Source of the DNA: an uncultured Alphaproteobacteria bacterium
GTDB lineage: Bacteria; Pseudomonadota; Alphaproteobacteria; Methylaequorales; Methylaequoraceae
Length of the DNA stretch: 64,000 bases
Assembly: GCA_902523675.1 (NCBI GenBank)
Contig: CABZAL010000005.1
Location: 6,867 to 70,866 of the forward strand
Reading direction: 5' to 3'
Each line of letters opens with the position of its first letter. Positions within the stretch are counted from its first letter, which is position 1. The position numbers and the translations under genes were made by a program. The notes beneath the pieces were generated by a model, which saw only the letters and a list, made by a program, of their open reading frames with translations, was not told the origin of the DNA and did no database searches. Shown piece by piece: positions 16,998 to 28,415 of the stretch.

Positions 16998-17030
16998 TTT
17001 TTTTTTTTTTTTTGTAGATAATTGGAAAAA

Positions 17031-17060
17031 AATACCATAAAATTCCATGTAATACCATAT
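17031..17060 (+). promoter_or_regulatory. Putative MraZ-binding direct repeats
   Basis: aataccataa/aattccatgt/aataccatat: CCAT at 17035, 17045, 17055 (exact 10-bp period) just upstream of mraZ. Confidence 0.55.
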
Positions 17061-17081
17061 AAATATTTTATAGGGAATTTT

Positions 17082-17546
17082 ATGACGCTTTTTTTATCAA
17101 AAACTCTAAACAAAATCGATAATAAATCGAGAGTATCAGTACCTTCTACATTTAGATCTGCTTTAAAAAATCAAAGCTTCAATGGGATAATTGCTTTTCC
17201 ATCATATTCAGACAGATGCATTGATTCTTGTGGAATCAATAGAATGGAGTTAATTGCCCAAAATTTAGATGAAACTGAAAATTACTCAAAAGCGGAATTT
17301 GATTTAATTTCATTATGTTTTGGTGAGGCTGAAAAGCTACCATTTGACAAAGAGGGAAGAATTATATTACCAAAAAATCTTATAGAACATTCAGGTATAA
17401 AAGACGAAGCTTTGTTTGTGGGTTTAGGACCGACATTTCAAATTTGGGAACCAAAAACATTTGATCAAAATAAAATCCTCACTTTAAAAAAAGCTAAAGA
17501 AAAAAATCTCAAACCCAGACTTAAACCAATTCCCAAGGGAGTATAA
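17082..17546 (+). CDS. mraZ: Division/cell-wall cluster repressor MraZ
   Basis: IDNKSRVSVPSTFR, FDKEGRIILP, FVGLGPTFQIWEP; ATG 17082 preferred to upstream TTG. Confidence 0.93.
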   Translation: MTLFLSKTLNKIDNKSRVSVPSTFRSALKNQSFNGIIAFPSYSDRCIDSCGINRMELIAQNLDETENYSKAEFDLISLCFGEAEKLPFDKEGRIILPKNLIEHSGIKDEALFVGLGPTFQIWEPKTFDQNKILTLKKAKEKNLKPRLKPIPKGV

Positions 17547-17561
17547 ATAAAGGAGCAAATC

Positions 17562-19103
17562 ATGACACTTCATTTAAAAATGCCAAATAAAATTAATAAC
17601 CTTTCACCAAAAATATCCGTTATAGGAGTTGGTGGTGCTGGTGGAAATATAATAAATAGTATGATTAAAACTGAAATTAGTGGAGTGTCTTTCCTCGATG
17701 TAAATACAGACAGTCAAGCGTTAGCACACTCTCAAGCCTCCGAAACTCTTCAATTAGGTCCATCTTGTACACAAGGTTTAGGGGCTGGTGCAGATCCTGA
17801 TATCGGGAGAGACTCTGCATTAGAAGTAGAAAATGAAATCAAAGACTATTTAGAAGACTCCAATATGGTCTTCATTACAGCCGGGATGGGAGGAGGAACA
17901 GGAACAGGAGCTTCACCAATAATCGCAAAAATAGCAAAAGAATTAGGTATTCTTATTGTAGGTGTAGTAACAAAACCTCTTGATTATGAGGGAAAAAGAA
18001 GAATGCAACAAGCAGTTGATGGAATCAAAGAATTGCAGAAATACGTTGATAATTTAATAATTATTCCAAACCAAAATATTTTTCATTTGGCAAAAACTGA
18101 TACGACCTACACAGATGCTTTTAAATTGGCAAACAATGTTTTAATAGATGGTGTGAAAAGTATTATGGATCTGATGTTAAAACCTGGAATGATAAACCAT
18201 GATTTTGCTGACGTAAAAGCAGTTATGAGTGAAACAGGAAAGGTTCATATGGGTACAGCGATTTCTGACGAAGAAGATCGAGCAATAAAAGCCACAGAAG
18301 AAGCAATTTCTAATCCACTTTTAGAATATAACTCAATGTCAGGAGCAAAAGGGGTTTTAGTAAACATCACTGGCGGTGAGGACATTACGTTACATGAAGT
18401 TGATCAGGCTATAAATCTTATTAAAGAGCAAGCTGATGAAAATGCTAATTTAATTTGGGGACTAACAAAAGATGAAAATTTTTCAGGAAAATTTAAAATA
18501 TCTGTAATTTCTACTGGTATTGAGTCAGAAAGTTTCATAAAAAATCAAATACATGACATCAATGTTAAGGAGTTTAACAACTTTAAAGAAAATTTAGAAA
18601 AAAATGAGCGGAACTTGGATTTTCAAAAAAGAAATACTTTGGATGAAAATTTAGAAAAAAATCAGACAAATTTTTTTGTAGACCTAAAAAATGATACCAA
18701 AAATAATCCTCAAAATGAAAAAATTAAGGAACTAGAGGAAAAAGCTCAAGAATTTAAAGAATCAAAAAAAGATAAACAATCAATTTTTTCTAAAATTTTT
18801 GGGTCTAAAGAAAAATTTTTAAATGAAAAGAGTAATTCAAATATTTTTCAAGAACCTAGAAATGTTAAATTAGGAATTTTGGAAACTGAAAAATTACAAA
18901 ATGGTGAATCAGATATATTAAATCAAATAAACAATGAAGCTTTAGATGAAAAAAAAATAGATCTAAAAGAATCAGCAGATGATGAAATTGCTTTTGATCA
19001 GAAAATAAATACTAATGAAGATTTAAATATAAATATTAAGAAAGACAATTATGAAGATGATCTACTTCAAATACCTGCTTTTTTGAGAAGACAAGCCAAC
19101 TAA
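17562..19103 (+). CDS. ftsZ: Cell division GTPase FtsZ
   Basis: [24 protein letters not shown], long acidic linker, C-terminal [11 protein letters not shown]. Confidence 0.97.
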   Translation: MTLHLKMPNKINNLSPKISVIGVGGAGGNIINSMIKTEISGVSFLDVNTDSQALAHSQASETLQLGPSCTQGLGAGADPDIGRDSALEVENEIKDYLEDSNMVFITAGMGGGTGTGASPIIAKIAKELGILIVGVVTKPLDYEGKRRMQQAVDGIKELQKYVDNLIIIPNQNIFHLAKTDTTYTDAFKLANNVLIDGVKSIMDLMLKPGMINHDFADVKAVMSETGKVHMGTAISDEEDRAIKATEEAISNPLLEYNSMSGAKGVLVNITGGEDITLHEVDQAINLIKEQADENANLIWGLTKDENFSGKFKISVISTGIESESFIKNQIHDINVKEFNNFKENLEKNERNLDFQKRNTLDENLEKNQTNFFVDLKNDTKNNPQNEKIKELEEKAQEFKESKKDKQSIFSKIFGSKEKFLNEKSNSNIFQEPRNVKLGILETEKLQNGESDILNQINNEALDEKKIDLKESADDEIAFDQKINTNEDLNINIKKDNYEDDLLQIPAFLRRQAN

Positions 19104-19109
19104 AAATTA

Positions 19110-20039
19110 ATGACACCTCATGATCATATACCTGTTATGTGTAATGAAGTTATAAAATTATTAAATCCTCAGAAAAATAAAACATACGCAGATGCAACTT
19201 TTGGTCAGGGAGGATATTCAAGAAAAATTTTGTCTAAAACAAATTGTTGCGTGGTAGGAATCGATAGAGATAAAGAAGCTATCAAATATGCAGAAATTAT
19301 AAAAAAAAAATTTAAATCTAACTTTTTTTTTAAAAATGAGAGATTTAGCAATATAAAAAATATTTTCAAAAACAACAAAGTCGATGGAATAACATTTGAT
19401 TTAGGAATGTCAAATACACAACTTTCTTCGAAAACTAGAGGATTTTCTTTTTCAAATAACGGATCATTAGATATGAGAATGGGAATGCAAAAAGATAAAG
19501 AACTTACTGCTAAAAAGATAATAAATGGTTATTCTGAAAAACAACTTTTTTATATTTTTAGAAAATATGGTGAAGAAAGAAATTCTCAAAAAATCTCCAA
19601 AGCCATAGTAAGTGCAAGAAAAAATAAAACTATAACATCAACTTATGAACTATCCAGAATAATTAACAATATAAATAAGTTTGGGAATCAAAAAAAAAAT
19701 CCATCTACAAAAATTTTTCAAGCGCTTAGAATATTTATTAATGAAGAACTTTTGGAACTTGAGAGCGCTTTGGAGAGTTGTTTAAAAATTTTAAATAAAA
19801 AGTCAAAAATTGTAGTTGTATCTTTTCATTCTTTAGAAGATAGGATAGTAAAAAAATTTTTTAGAGAAAATAGTGGTTATTCAGCAAACAATTACAAACA
19901 TCTTCCAAATTTAGAGCGTAAGAGCTTCAAACCTTTTTTAAAACTTTTAACAAAAAAAGCGATTAAGCCTAGCATTGAAGAAATAAGACAGAACCCTAGA
20001 GCTAGATCAGCTAAATTAAGAGCTGCAGAATTATTATGA
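19110..20039 (+). CDS. rsmH: 16S rRNA m4C1402 methyltransferase RsmH (MraW)
   Basis: HIPVM, DATFGQGGYS, DLGMS..QL..RGFSF, SFHSLEDRIVK, NPRARSAKLR. Confidence 0.96.
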   Translation: MTPHDHIPVMCNEVIKLLNPQKNKTYADATFGQGGYSRKILSKTNCCVVGIDRDKEAIKYAEIIKKKFKSNFFFKNERFSNIKNIFKNNKVDGITFDLGMSNTQLSSKTRGFSFSNNGSLDMRMGMQKDKELTAKKIINGYSEKQLFYIFRKYGEERNSQKISKAIVSARKNKTITSTYELSRIINNINKFGNQKKNPSTKIFQALRIFINEELLELESALESCLKILNKKSKIVVVSFHSLEDRIVKKFFRENSGYSANNYKHLPNLERKSFKPFLKLLTKKAIKPSIEEIRQNPRARSAKLRAAELL

Positions 20040-20302
20040 TCGTTAAAAACCTAATTATTTTATTTACAGTTTTTTTTTGTACTTCTTATATAAATTATAA
20101 GGTCCTATTGGTCGAAAACCAAATATTTGAATCCAACAAATATAAAATAGAGGTCGAAGAATCTTTAGAGCTGATTGAAATCAATTGGGCTTATTTAACA
20201 AAACCTGAAAATTTAAAGAGATTGAATACTGAAGTATACGAACTAGAACCAATTATTTTTGAGGATGTTTTAAACTTAGAAATTTATGGACGAAAGAAAT
20301 AA
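20036..20302 (+). CDS. ftsL: Cell division protein FtsL
   Basis: Position between rsmH and ftsI; TM plus coiled coil with WAYLTKPENL motif. Confidence 0.75.
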   Translation: MIVKNLIILFTVFFCTSYINYKVLLVENQIFESNKYKIEVEESLELIEINWAYLTKPENLKRLNTEVYELEPIIFEDVLNLEIYGRKK

Positions 20303-22007
20303 CAATTTAATATTTGACAATATTTCACCTAAAAAAATTTTTAGCAGAAATAATGAATCAATCTTATTTTTAGATCAAGGTAAAATAATTGAATCTAATA
20401 AAATAAATGTTGCTTTGCAAAAAGGTAAAAATAAGTTTTTTGTGATTTTTTTTCTTTTATTGTCCTCTTTCTTTTTTATAACATTAACTTTATTTAAACT
20501 TTCGATTACTAGTGATAAAATCAAGATTTCTGAAAGTAGCCTAGAGGTTACTAGAGGAAAGATAGTTGATAGAAATAATAAAATTATTTCTGCTTCTATA
20601 CCTACACTGGATCTATATATTGACGGAAGAAAAATAATAAATAAAAAAAAGACTATTGAGAATTTAAAAAAAATTTTTAATAAAAAGAATAGTAATTTTT
20701 TTAAAGATATTATCAAAAAAAAAAAGTATAAACTTGTCTCGAAACATTTGAGTGAAACTGAAGAAAATGAAGTAAGAAAACTAGGGGAACCTGGTTTAAT
20801 ATTTCATAATTCTAGCAGAAGAATTTATCCTCAAGATAATTTGTTTTCTAATGTAACTGGATTTATATCTAAATTCGGAGTTGCTCAGAATAAACTTGAA
20901 AAATTTTATGATGAAGAACTCAACAAAGGCTTAGATATTAAATTGACACTGGATCTTAAGATTCAAAATATTATTTATCAACAACTTACAGAAAGCGAAA
21001 ATTATTTTTTATCAAAAGGATCGCTGGGATTGTTGATAGATGTAACTAATGGAGAAATAATTTCAATGGTTTCAAAACCAGACTATAACCCTAATCACCC
21101 AATCACAATAAAACCTTTCTCTGAAAATAATCTAATTACTGAAGCCAGATTTGAAATGGGTTCGATTTTAAAAATATATAATGCTGCTATGGCTTTAGAA
21201 AACAACTCTAAAGCAGAGAATAAATTATTCGATGTCTCAAGAGATTATGAGTTAACTAAAACCTACAGAGTAAAAGACTCCACAAAATTTTTAGATCCAA
21301 TAAATTTTGAAAAAATTTTTACTCATTCTTCAAACATTGGAAGTATCAAAGTATACGAGACTCTTGGAAGAAAGACACAAAAAAACTTTTTAAAAAAAAT
21401 TGGCTTCAATGAGCATACAAGAATCAAGGGCTTATCAACTATTGATAATAACCTTCCTAATGATGAACAATGGAATGAAGTCATATCACGAAGTATCAGT
21501 TTTGGATATGGTTTATCAATCACACCTCTAAGCTTAGTAACAACATTTTCTTCACTAGTAAATGGTGGATACAAAATAGAACCAAAAATAATTGATAATC
21601 TTGAAAGCGATAAAGAAAGAATAATTTCAAGACAAACTTCACAAAAAATTAGTCATCTATTAAGAAAAGTTGTTGAAGAAGGCACAGGAAAGCATGCAAA
21701 AGTAAAAAATTTAGGTATTGGAGGAAAAACTGGTACAGCAAAAAAATCTAATAAAATAGGTGGTTATTATGAAGATAAAGTAATAACTTCATTTTTAGGT
21801 GTATTCCCTATTAACAAACCTAAATATTTGTTATTGGTTTTATTCGATGAACCTATGAAGGGACTTAATAGCTTGACCCCATATGGATCAAATACCGCAG
21901 CACCAATTTTTGCTAAAATCGTAAATCAAATTGCACCGATATTAAATTTAAAAAAGAGTAAAATTAATGATAATAATTTTATGTTTACAAATCAAACTAA
22001 TCAATGA
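20286..22007 (+). CDS. ftsI: Penicillin-binding protein 3
   Basis: RGKIVDRN, RIYP, EMGSILK, SSNIG, KTGTA. Confidence 0.93.
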   Translation: MDERNNNLIFDNISPKKIFSRNNESILFLDQGKIIESNKINVALQKGKNKFFVIFFLLLSSFFFITLTLFKLSITSDKIKISESSLEVTRGKIVDRNNKIISASIPTLDLYIDGRKIINKKKTIENLKKIFNKKNSNFFKDIIKKKKYKLVSKHLSETEENEVRKLGEPGLIFHNSSRRIYPQDNLFSNVTGFISKFGVAQNKLEKFYDEELNKGLDIKLTLDLKIQNIIYQQLTESENYFLSKGSLGLLIDVTNGEIISMVSKPDYNPNHPITIKPFSENNLITEARFEMGSILKIYNAAMALENNSKAENKLFDVSRDYELTKTYRVKDSTKFLDPINFEKIFTHSSNIGSIKVYETLGRKTQKNFLKKIGFNEHTRIKGLSTIDNNLPNDEQWNEVISRSISFGYGLSITPLSLVTTFSSLVNGGYKIEPKIIDNLESDKERIISRQTSQKISHLLRKVVEEGTGKHAKVKNLGIGGKTGTAKKSNKIGGYYEDKVITSFLGVFPINKPKYLLLVLFDEPMKGLNSLTPYGSNTAAPIFAKIVNQIAPILNLKKSKINDNNFMFTNQTNQ

Positions 22008-23467
22008 AACTATTTAAACTGTTAAATAAGTGTAAAGTAAAATTTAGTATATTGAATAAGAACAATATTGATATAAAAGGGATATCTACATCCTCTAATC
22101 AAATAAAAAGTAATTTCATCTTTGGTGCAATAAAAGGAACAAAATTTAATGGAGAAGATTTCATTGATTCATTAAAAAAATTTAAAGAAATTGTTGTCGT
22201 TGTAAAAGCATTATCGAACAAAGTAAAAGAAATTAAAAATGATTTTATTGTTATAATTTGTAAAGATGTCGATTTTCTTATTGCTGAGATGGCAAGTATT
22301 TTATACAAAAGTAATATTAAAGAAATGATTGCAGTCACTGGTACCAATGGAAAGACAAGCGTGGCAAGCTACACTAAACAGATTTGGGAAAGTAAAAATA
22401 TTAAATGTGCTAGTGTTGGAACTTTAGGTTTTCAATATAACAAATATTTCTATGAGTCTTTTTTAACTACCCCTTTACCTGAAATTCTACATGAGAAGCT
22501 TTTACTATTTAGCAAAGAAAGGTGCGAGCATGTTATTATTGAAGCTTCAAGCATCGGCATACATAAAAAAAGATTACATCCTATAAAGTTTCAAAAAATT
22601 TGTTTTACAAATTTTTCAAGAGACCATTTAGATTATCATAAAAATTTCAAGAATTACTTAAATGCAAAGCTAGATCTTGTACGAAATCACACCAACAATA
22701 ATTCAATAGCTGTTATAAATTCTGATAATAAATATTCTCGATACTTCTATGAAATATGTAAAAAACAAAAAGTAAAAATTTTAGATTTTGGAAAGAAAGC
22801 GTCATTCTTAAAAATAAAAAAAATTTTAAAAGAAGAAAAAAAATTTCTCGTAAAATTATTTTTTAAAAATCGATTATTTACAATAGAATTAAGATGTTTA
22901 AGTGAGTTTCAAATATATAATCAAATAAGCGCACTAGTTCTGGTATATGGTGATAAGCTTAAATCAGAGAACTTTGATATTCTAAATGTGCTAAATGATC
23001 CTAAAGGAAGACTTGAAAAAATTTATGATAAAGAATACAAAATTTTTATTGACTACGCTCACACTCCAGATGCATTGAGAAACGTATTGAAGTCATTGAA
23101 AAATAATATACCAAAAAAAATTATAACACTTATAGGCTGTGGAGGAGACAGAGATAAGGGTAAAAGACATTTACTCACAAAACAAGCAGTTAAATATTCA
23201 GATTTAGTAATTCTTGCTGATGATAATCCAAGAAATGAAGACCCATCCAAAATCAGGCTAGAAATGATTAAAGGTTTAAAACACGAGGAAATTAGGAAAG
23301 TTTTTAATATTGGTGATAGAGAAAAAGCAATAACCAAAGGTATAAAATTGTTAAAAAAAGGTGATGTTTTTTTAATTGCAGGAAAAGGTCATGAAAATTA
23401 TCAAATTTTCAAAGATAAAAAAGTATTCTTTAGCGATCATAAAACAGTTTTGAGGATTGTAAAATGA
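22004..23467 (+). CDS. murE: UDP-MurNAc-tripeptide synthetase
   Basis: VTGTNGKTS, DYAHTPDAL, GCGGDRD, DDNPRNE, AGKGHE. Confidence 0.95.
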   Translation: MKLFKLLNKCKVKFSILNKNNIDIKGISTSSNQIKSNFIFGAIKGTKFNGEDFIDSLKKFKEIVVVVKALSNKVKEIKNDFIVIICKDVDFLIAEMASILYKSNIKEMIAVTGTNGKTSVASYTKQIWESKNIKCASVGTLGFQYNKYFYESFLTTPLPEILHEKLLLFSKERCEHVIIEASSIGIHKKRLHPIKFQKICFTNFSRDHLDYHKNFKNYLNAKLDLVRNHTNNNSIAVINSDNKYSRYFYEICKKQKVKILDFGKKASFLKIKKILKEEKKFLVKLFFKNRLFTIELRCLSEFQIYNQISALVLVYGDKLKSENFDILNVLNDPKGRLEKIYDKEYKIFIDYAHTPDALRNVLKSLKNNIPKKIITLIGCGGDRDKGKRHLLTKQAVKYSDLVILADDNPRNEDPSKIRLEMIKGLKHEEIRKVFNIGDREKAITKGIKLLKKGDVFLIAGKGHENYQIFKDKKVFFSDHKTVLRIVK

Positions 23468-24852
23468 GTCTTTGGAACGTTGAAGATATTAATAAAATTT
23501 CGGAAAAAAAAATTAATAAAGATATAATGATTTCTGACATATCTATTAATACCAGAGATTTGAAAAAAAATTCTCTTTTTTTTGCAATAAAAGGTGAAAG
23601 GTTTGACGGCCATGATTTCGTAATTGATGCATTTAAAAAAGGGGCTGCAGCTGCAGTGGTAGAAAAAAAAAAACTAGATTTATTCAAGGACTCATTTTTT
23701 TCTGATAAAACACTTTTCATTGTAAATGACTCCTTAAGTTCTCTTCAAAAACTTGCTTATCTTTCAAGAAGAAGAGCTAAAAATTTAAAAATGATTTGTG
23801 TCACTGGAAGTAGTGGAAAAACTTCGGTAAAAAATTGGTTATCAAAAATTCTATTGAATAAAAAAGTTCATTACACTGAAGGTAATTTTAATAATCATAT
23901 TGGTTTGCCCTTAACACTAGCAAAAATGAAAAAAGATTCAAAGTTTTGTATTTTGGAAGTTGGAATGAATAAACCCAATGAAATTCAAAAATTAACAAAA
24001 ATAGCAAAACCTGATTTTTCTATAATAACTAATGTTGGTCCAGCGCATATTGGAAACTTTAAATCCATAAAGGATATTGCTAGAGAAAAATCTGAAATTT
24101 TTTCTAAGGATTGTTTTGCAATTTATCCACAAGAATCAGATTATTATAGCATAATCAATGAAACTGCTAAAAAAAAAGCAAGTAAAACGTTTACTTATGG
24201 ATATTCTAATATTTCAGATTTTCAGATTACAAAAATCAAACCACTTGACTATTTAAAAAAAATTGTCTCTTTCAGATTAATAAATGAAAAAGTAGACCTT
24301 GAACTCGAATATTATGGTAAACACTGGCTTGATAATATTCTAATTATTTTAGCAGTCTCAAAACTTCTAAAAATTAATATTAAAGAAGTAAATAAAATTT
24401 TATTAAATCTTAAACCTAATGAGGGCAGAGGATCAATTCATAAATTAATTTTTAAAAGTAAAAAAATTACATTATTTGACGACTCATACAATTCTAACCC
24501 TATATCTCTTAGGGCGTCGCTAGAAACTATAAAAATTCTTCCAACAAAAAAAATGAGAAAAATTTGTGTGATTGGAGATATGCTAGAATTAGGCAAAGAT
24601 TCAGATTACTATCATAAAGAGGTAGTAAGTTTAATTGAGGAGTCTAAAGTAAATATTGTTTTTACAATAGGTAATTACTCGAAAGTTATTTACAAAAATT
24701 TACCTAAATCAATAGAATCTTTTCACTTTGATGACTTAGATATGCTATATAATAAAATTAAAGATTTCTTAAAAGACAATGATTTTATAATGATCAAAGG
24801 ATCTAATTCAATGAATCTAAACTTAATATGTAATAAACTTAAAATCAGTTAA
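23464..24852 (+). CDS. murF: UDP-MurNAc-pentapeptide synthetase
   Basis: GERFDGHDF, TGSSGKT, NNHIGLPLTL, DDSYNSNP, GDMLELG, KGSNS. Confidence 0.95.
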   Translation: MSLWNVEDINKISEKKINKDIMISDISINTRDLKKNSLFFAIKGERFDGHDFVIDAFKKGAAAAVVEKKKLDLFKDSFFSDKTLFIVNDSLSSLQKLAYLSRRRAKNLKMICVTGSSGKTSVKNWLSKILLNKKVHYTEGNFNNHIGLPLTLAKMKKDSKFCILEVGMNKPNEIQKLTKIAKPDFSIITNVGPAHIGNFKSIKDIAREKSEIFSKDCFAIYPQESDYYSIINETAKKKASKTFTYGYSNISDFQITKIKPLDYLKKIVSFRLINEKVDLELEYYGKHWLDNILIILAVSKLLKINIKEVNKILLNLKPNEGRGSIHKLIFKSKKITLFDDSYNSNPISLRASLETIKILPTKKMRKICVIGDMLELGKDSDYYHKEVVSLIEESKVNIVFTIGNYSKVIYKNLPKSIESFHFDDLDMLYNKIKDFLKDNDFIMIKGSNSMNLNLICNKLKIS

Positions 24853-24859
24853 TAAAAAT

Positions 24860-25948
24860 ATGTTTTATTATTACTTAGTGCCGCTTAGTGAGAATTTTAG
24901 TTTTCTAAACTTATTTAACTATATTACTTTTAGGGCTGGAGGAGCATTATTCACATCTTTAATTATAAGCTTTGTATTGGGTCCGCATCTCATCAACTAC
25001 TTGAAAAAGATTCAAAAATCAGGACAACCAATAAGAAAGGACGGACCGAAGTCTCACATAATAAAGAAAGTTGGTACGCCAACGATGGGTGGAACTTTAA
25101 TTCTTTTCTCGTTAATTTCTTCAGTAATACTTTGGAGTAATTTAGTTAATAAATTAGTTTGGCTTGTTTTGTTTGTTATAATTTCATTTGGAGTAATTGG
25201 TGCTATTGATGACTTCAAAAAAATTAAAAATAAGTCATCAGAGGGTACGAGTGGAAGAATAAGGTTGATTTTTGAATTTACTGTTGCTGTAATTTTTCTT
25301 TATTTCTTAAATCTTTTTTCTGTGGAAGAAATTAGAAATCACATTTCAATTCCATACACAAAAGGAATAACAATTGATTTAAATTATTGGTATATTCCTT
25401 TTGGAGCTTTTGTTGTTGTTGGCACTGCAAACGCTGTAAATTTGACAGATGGACTTGATGGATTAGCAATTGGTCCAATAATGATTACAACATTATCATT
25501 TGCACTTATAGCTTACTTTACGGGAAATTATATCTTCTCTGAATACTTAAAACTTCCCTTCATATCTGGAACTGGTGAATTAGCAATTATTTGCGCAGCT
25601 TTAATTGGTTCTGGTTTAGGTTTTTTATGGTATAATGCTCCGCCTGCTATGGTTTTTATGGGTGATACAGGATCATTATCTGTTGGAAGTGCGATTGGAG
25701 CAATTGCAGTTGCAACGAAACATGAGATTGTATTAGCTATTATTGGAGGATTATTCGTCCTTGAAACAGTTTCTGTGATAATACAAGTGACCTCATTCAA
25801 GTTAACAGGAAAAAGAATATTTAAAATGGCCCCTCTTCACCATCATTTTGAACAAAAAGGTTGGTCAGAGTCCACTATCGTTATTAGATTTTGGATAATA
25901 TCTATTGTTTTGGCATTGATAGGTTTAGCAAGCTTAAAATTAAGATGA
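24860..25948 (+). CDS. mraY: Phospho-MurNAc-pentapeptide transferase
   Basis: GTPTMGG, NAVNLTDGLDGL, FMGDTGSL, MAPLHHHFE. Confidence 0.97.
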   Translation: MFYYYLVPLSENFSFLNLFNYITFRAGGALFTSLIISFVLGPHLINYLKKIQKSGQPIRKDGPKSHIIKKVGTPTMGGTLILFSLISSVILWSNLVNKLVWLVLFVIISFGVIGAIDDFKKIKNKSSEGTSGRIRLIFEFTVAVIFLYFLNLFSVEEIRNHISIPYTKGITIDLNYWYIPFGAFVVVGTANAVNLTDGLDGLAIGPIMITTLSFALIAYFTGNYIFSEYLKLPFISGTGELAIICAALIGSGLGFLWYNAPPAMVFMGDTGSLSVGSAIGAIAVATKHEIVLAIIGGLFVLETVSVIIQVTSFKLTGKRIFKMAPLHHHFEQKGWSESTIVIRFWIISIVLALIGLASLKLR

Positions 25949-27333
25949 TTTTTAATTCTGCTTTCTCAAAAAAAAAAATTGTCATAGTTGGTCTTGGAAT
26001 ATCAGGAATGACTCTAGCAAAAAAACTTTTTACTTATAATATGGATGTAACAGTCTGGGATGATAATCCAAAAATTCGAGAAATAGCATTGAAAAATGGA
26101 TTAAGACTCAAGACAGTCCGAAATATAAAGTTTTCTGAAATAGATTTTCTAGTCTTAAGTCCAGGAATACAACATATTGGACCTAATGCTCACATTGCTG
26201 CAAGAAATGCAAAAAAAAATAATTGTAAAGTTATCTCAGATTTAGAATTACTTTATTATTTAAAAACAAAAAAACTAATTATCGGTGTTACAGGAACCAA
26301 CGGAAAATCTACAACAGTATCATTACTAGAACATATTTTACAAAATAATGGTATTAAAGCTGAAGCTTGTGGAAATATTGGCAAATCATTTCTCAGCATT
26401 AAAAATCTTAATGAAAAAATATTAATAGTGGAAGCCTCTTCTTATCAGCTTGAGCGATTGCATAATTTAAAATTTGATATTTCTGTACTACTTAATATTC
26501 AAAAAGATCATATTGAAAGACACTTTAAAATGTCAAATTACATCAATGCTAAAAAAAAAATTTTTAAAAACAAAACTTTAGATGATCATGCTATAATATC
26601 GAACGATGATGAATATTGTCAAAAGATTAGAAAAGAACTGATTAAAGAAAAAAAAACAAACGTCATTTCATTTTCAACAAACTCTTCATCTAAATTTAAT
26701 ATTAGAGTAGAAAATCATAAAGACTTTTTGTTAATAATAGAAGATTCTTGTAAAACAAAAATAAAAATTATTAAAAAAAAATTAAACATATCACTTGGAA
26801 AAAAAAATTTTCAAAATATTATTTCTGCGTATTGTGTAAGTAAAATTTTAAAAATAAGAACGACCTCTTTCAAAAACTCATTATATTGTTTTAAAGGATT
26901 ACCTCACAGAATTGAAAAGTTTTGTTCTTTCAATAATGTTGTTTTTTACAATGATAGTAAGGCCACTAATATTTCTTCGACTATATTTGCACTAAATAGT
27001 TTAAAAAATATTTATTTACTTATTGGAGGTGAAAATAAAAAGGGAAATTTTAGTGATTTAAATAAAAATTTCAAAAATGTTGTTAAAACTTTCACTTTTG
27101 GAAAATCAAATCAACTTCTCAAAGTAAAAATTAAACAAAAAAATGTATTTGCATTCAAAAATCTTAAAGATTCTATAGAGTTTGCATTTAAAGAAGCATT
27201 ATTAGACAAGAGACAAATCAATTTTTTATTATCACCAGCTTGTGCATCATTTGATGAATTTGAAAACTTTGAAAAAAGGGGCAGTTTTTTTAAAAAGAAA
27301 ATACAAGAATTAATTTTTAAAAAACAAAAATGA
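25945..27333 (+). CDS. murD: UDP-MurNAc-L-Ala:D-Glu ligase
   Basis: GLGISG, TGTNGKST, GLPHRIE, NDSKATN, SPACASFD; ATG 25945 overlaps the mraY stop. Confidence 0.95.
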   Translation: MIFNSAFSKKKIVIVGLGISGMTLAKKLFTYNMDVTVWDDNPKIREIALKNGLRLKTVRNIKFSEIDFLVLSPGIQHIGPNAHIAARNAKKNNCKVISDLELLYYLKTKKLIIGVTGTNGKSTTVSLLEHILQNNGIKAEACGNIGKSFLSIKNLNEKILIVEASSYQLERLHNLKFDISVLLNIQKDHIERHFKMSNYINAKKKIFKNKTLDDHAIISNDDEYCQKIRKELIKEKKTNVISFSTNSSSKFNIRVENHKDFLLIIEDSCKTKIKIIKKKLNISLGKKNFQNIISAYCVSKILKIRTTSFKNSLYCFKGLPHRIEKFCSFNNVVFYNDSKATNISSTIFALNSLKNIYLLIGGENKKGNFSDLNKNFKNVVKTFTFGKSNQLLKVKIKQKNVFAFKNLKDSIEFAFKEALLDKRQINFLLSPACASFDEFENFEKRGSFFKKKIQELIFKKQK

Positions 27334-28412
27334 ATATTATTCGCGAAATTAAAAACTGGTGGTGGTCAATCGATAAATGGATACTTTTTTCTACCATACT
27401 TTTATTATTATTTGGGTTAATGTTAACTTTGAGTGGGTCTAGTAAAATTGAGTATAAGTATGATTATCCTGCTGGATATTTATTTAATAAACAAATTATT
27501 TTTGTTCTTATATCCTTATTAGTAATTTTAATAAGTTCTATGTTATCAGTAAAAAATTTAATATTTTTTTCAATCTCAACTTTTTTTATTTTCATAATTT
27601 TATCTTTTTTACCTTTATTTCAAGAAGAAATTAAAGGTGCAAGCAGATGGATCAAATTTTTTAATTTTTCTATTCAACCATCAGAGTTTCTCAAACCAAC
27701 ATTTATTATTATGAGCGCGCTACTACTTAGTAGGTATAAAAAGAAATCTGACAATTCTTTTTTTTTAAACTTTTTATTATTTTCATTATTGGGGTTTGTA
27801 CTTTTTTTACAGCCAGACTTTGGAATGTTTGTTTTATTTTTTTTAACATGGCTAGTTCAACTTATACTAGCAGGTTTACCATTTAAGTTCATGTCTTTAA
27901 TAATTTTATTTGGTTCATTGATATTTATTATTTCATTTTTAACACATGACCACATAAGATTTAGAATATTAAATTATTTCCACTCAGATATTGGTGATAA
28001 TTATCAAGTAAATAAAGCTATTGAATCATTTTCTAATGGTGGCTTTTTTGGAACCGGTTTAGGTGGTGGTTTCTTCTCAAAAAGACTTCCAGATGTTCAC
28101 TCAGATTTCATTTTTGCTCTTGCAGGAGAAGAGTTGGGTTTTGTTTTCTTATGCTTTATAATATTTTTATACATAATTTTATTTTATAGGGTTGTAAGTT
28201 CGATGGTAAATGAGAAGAATTTATTTGTTTTTTTATCTGCATCAAGTCTGATTCTTATCTTAATCTTTCAGTGTCTAATTAATATATCCTCTGCAGTAAA
28301 CTTAATACCCACGAAAGGAATGACACTTCCATTTTTGTCATATGGAGGTTCATCTCTATTATCATGTTCATTAATTATCGGTTTTTTATTAGCATTAACA
28401 AAAAAAAATTGA
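27330..28412 (+). CDS. ftsW: SEDS glycosyltransferase FtsW
   Basis: GASRW, QPSEFLKP, QPDFG, LPDVHSDFIF, PTKGMTLPFLSYGGSS. Confidence 0.95.
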   Translation: MNIIREIKNWWWSIDKWILFSTILLLLFGLMLTLSGSSKIEYKYDYPAGYLFNKQIIFVLISLLVILISSMLSVKNLIFFSISTFFIFIILSFLPLFQEEIKGASRWIKFFNFSIQPSEFLKPTFIIMSALLLSRYKKKSDNSFFLNFLLFSLLGFVLFLQPDFGMFVLFFLTWLVQLILAGLPFKFMSLIILFGSLIFIISFLTHDHIRFRILNYFHSDIGDNYQVNKAIESFSNGGFFGTGLGGGFFSKRLPDVHSDFIFALAGEELGFVFLCFIIFLYIILFYRVVSSMVNEKNLFVFLSASSLILILIFQCLINISSAVNLIPTKGMTLPFLSYGGSSLLSCSLIIGFLLALTKKN

Positions 28413-28415
28413 ATA

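Noticed and set aside
16997-17013. 17-T homopolymer
   Set aside because: Directly follows the RNase P P1 helix and is explained as its terminator tail; the exact length may be a sequencing artefact
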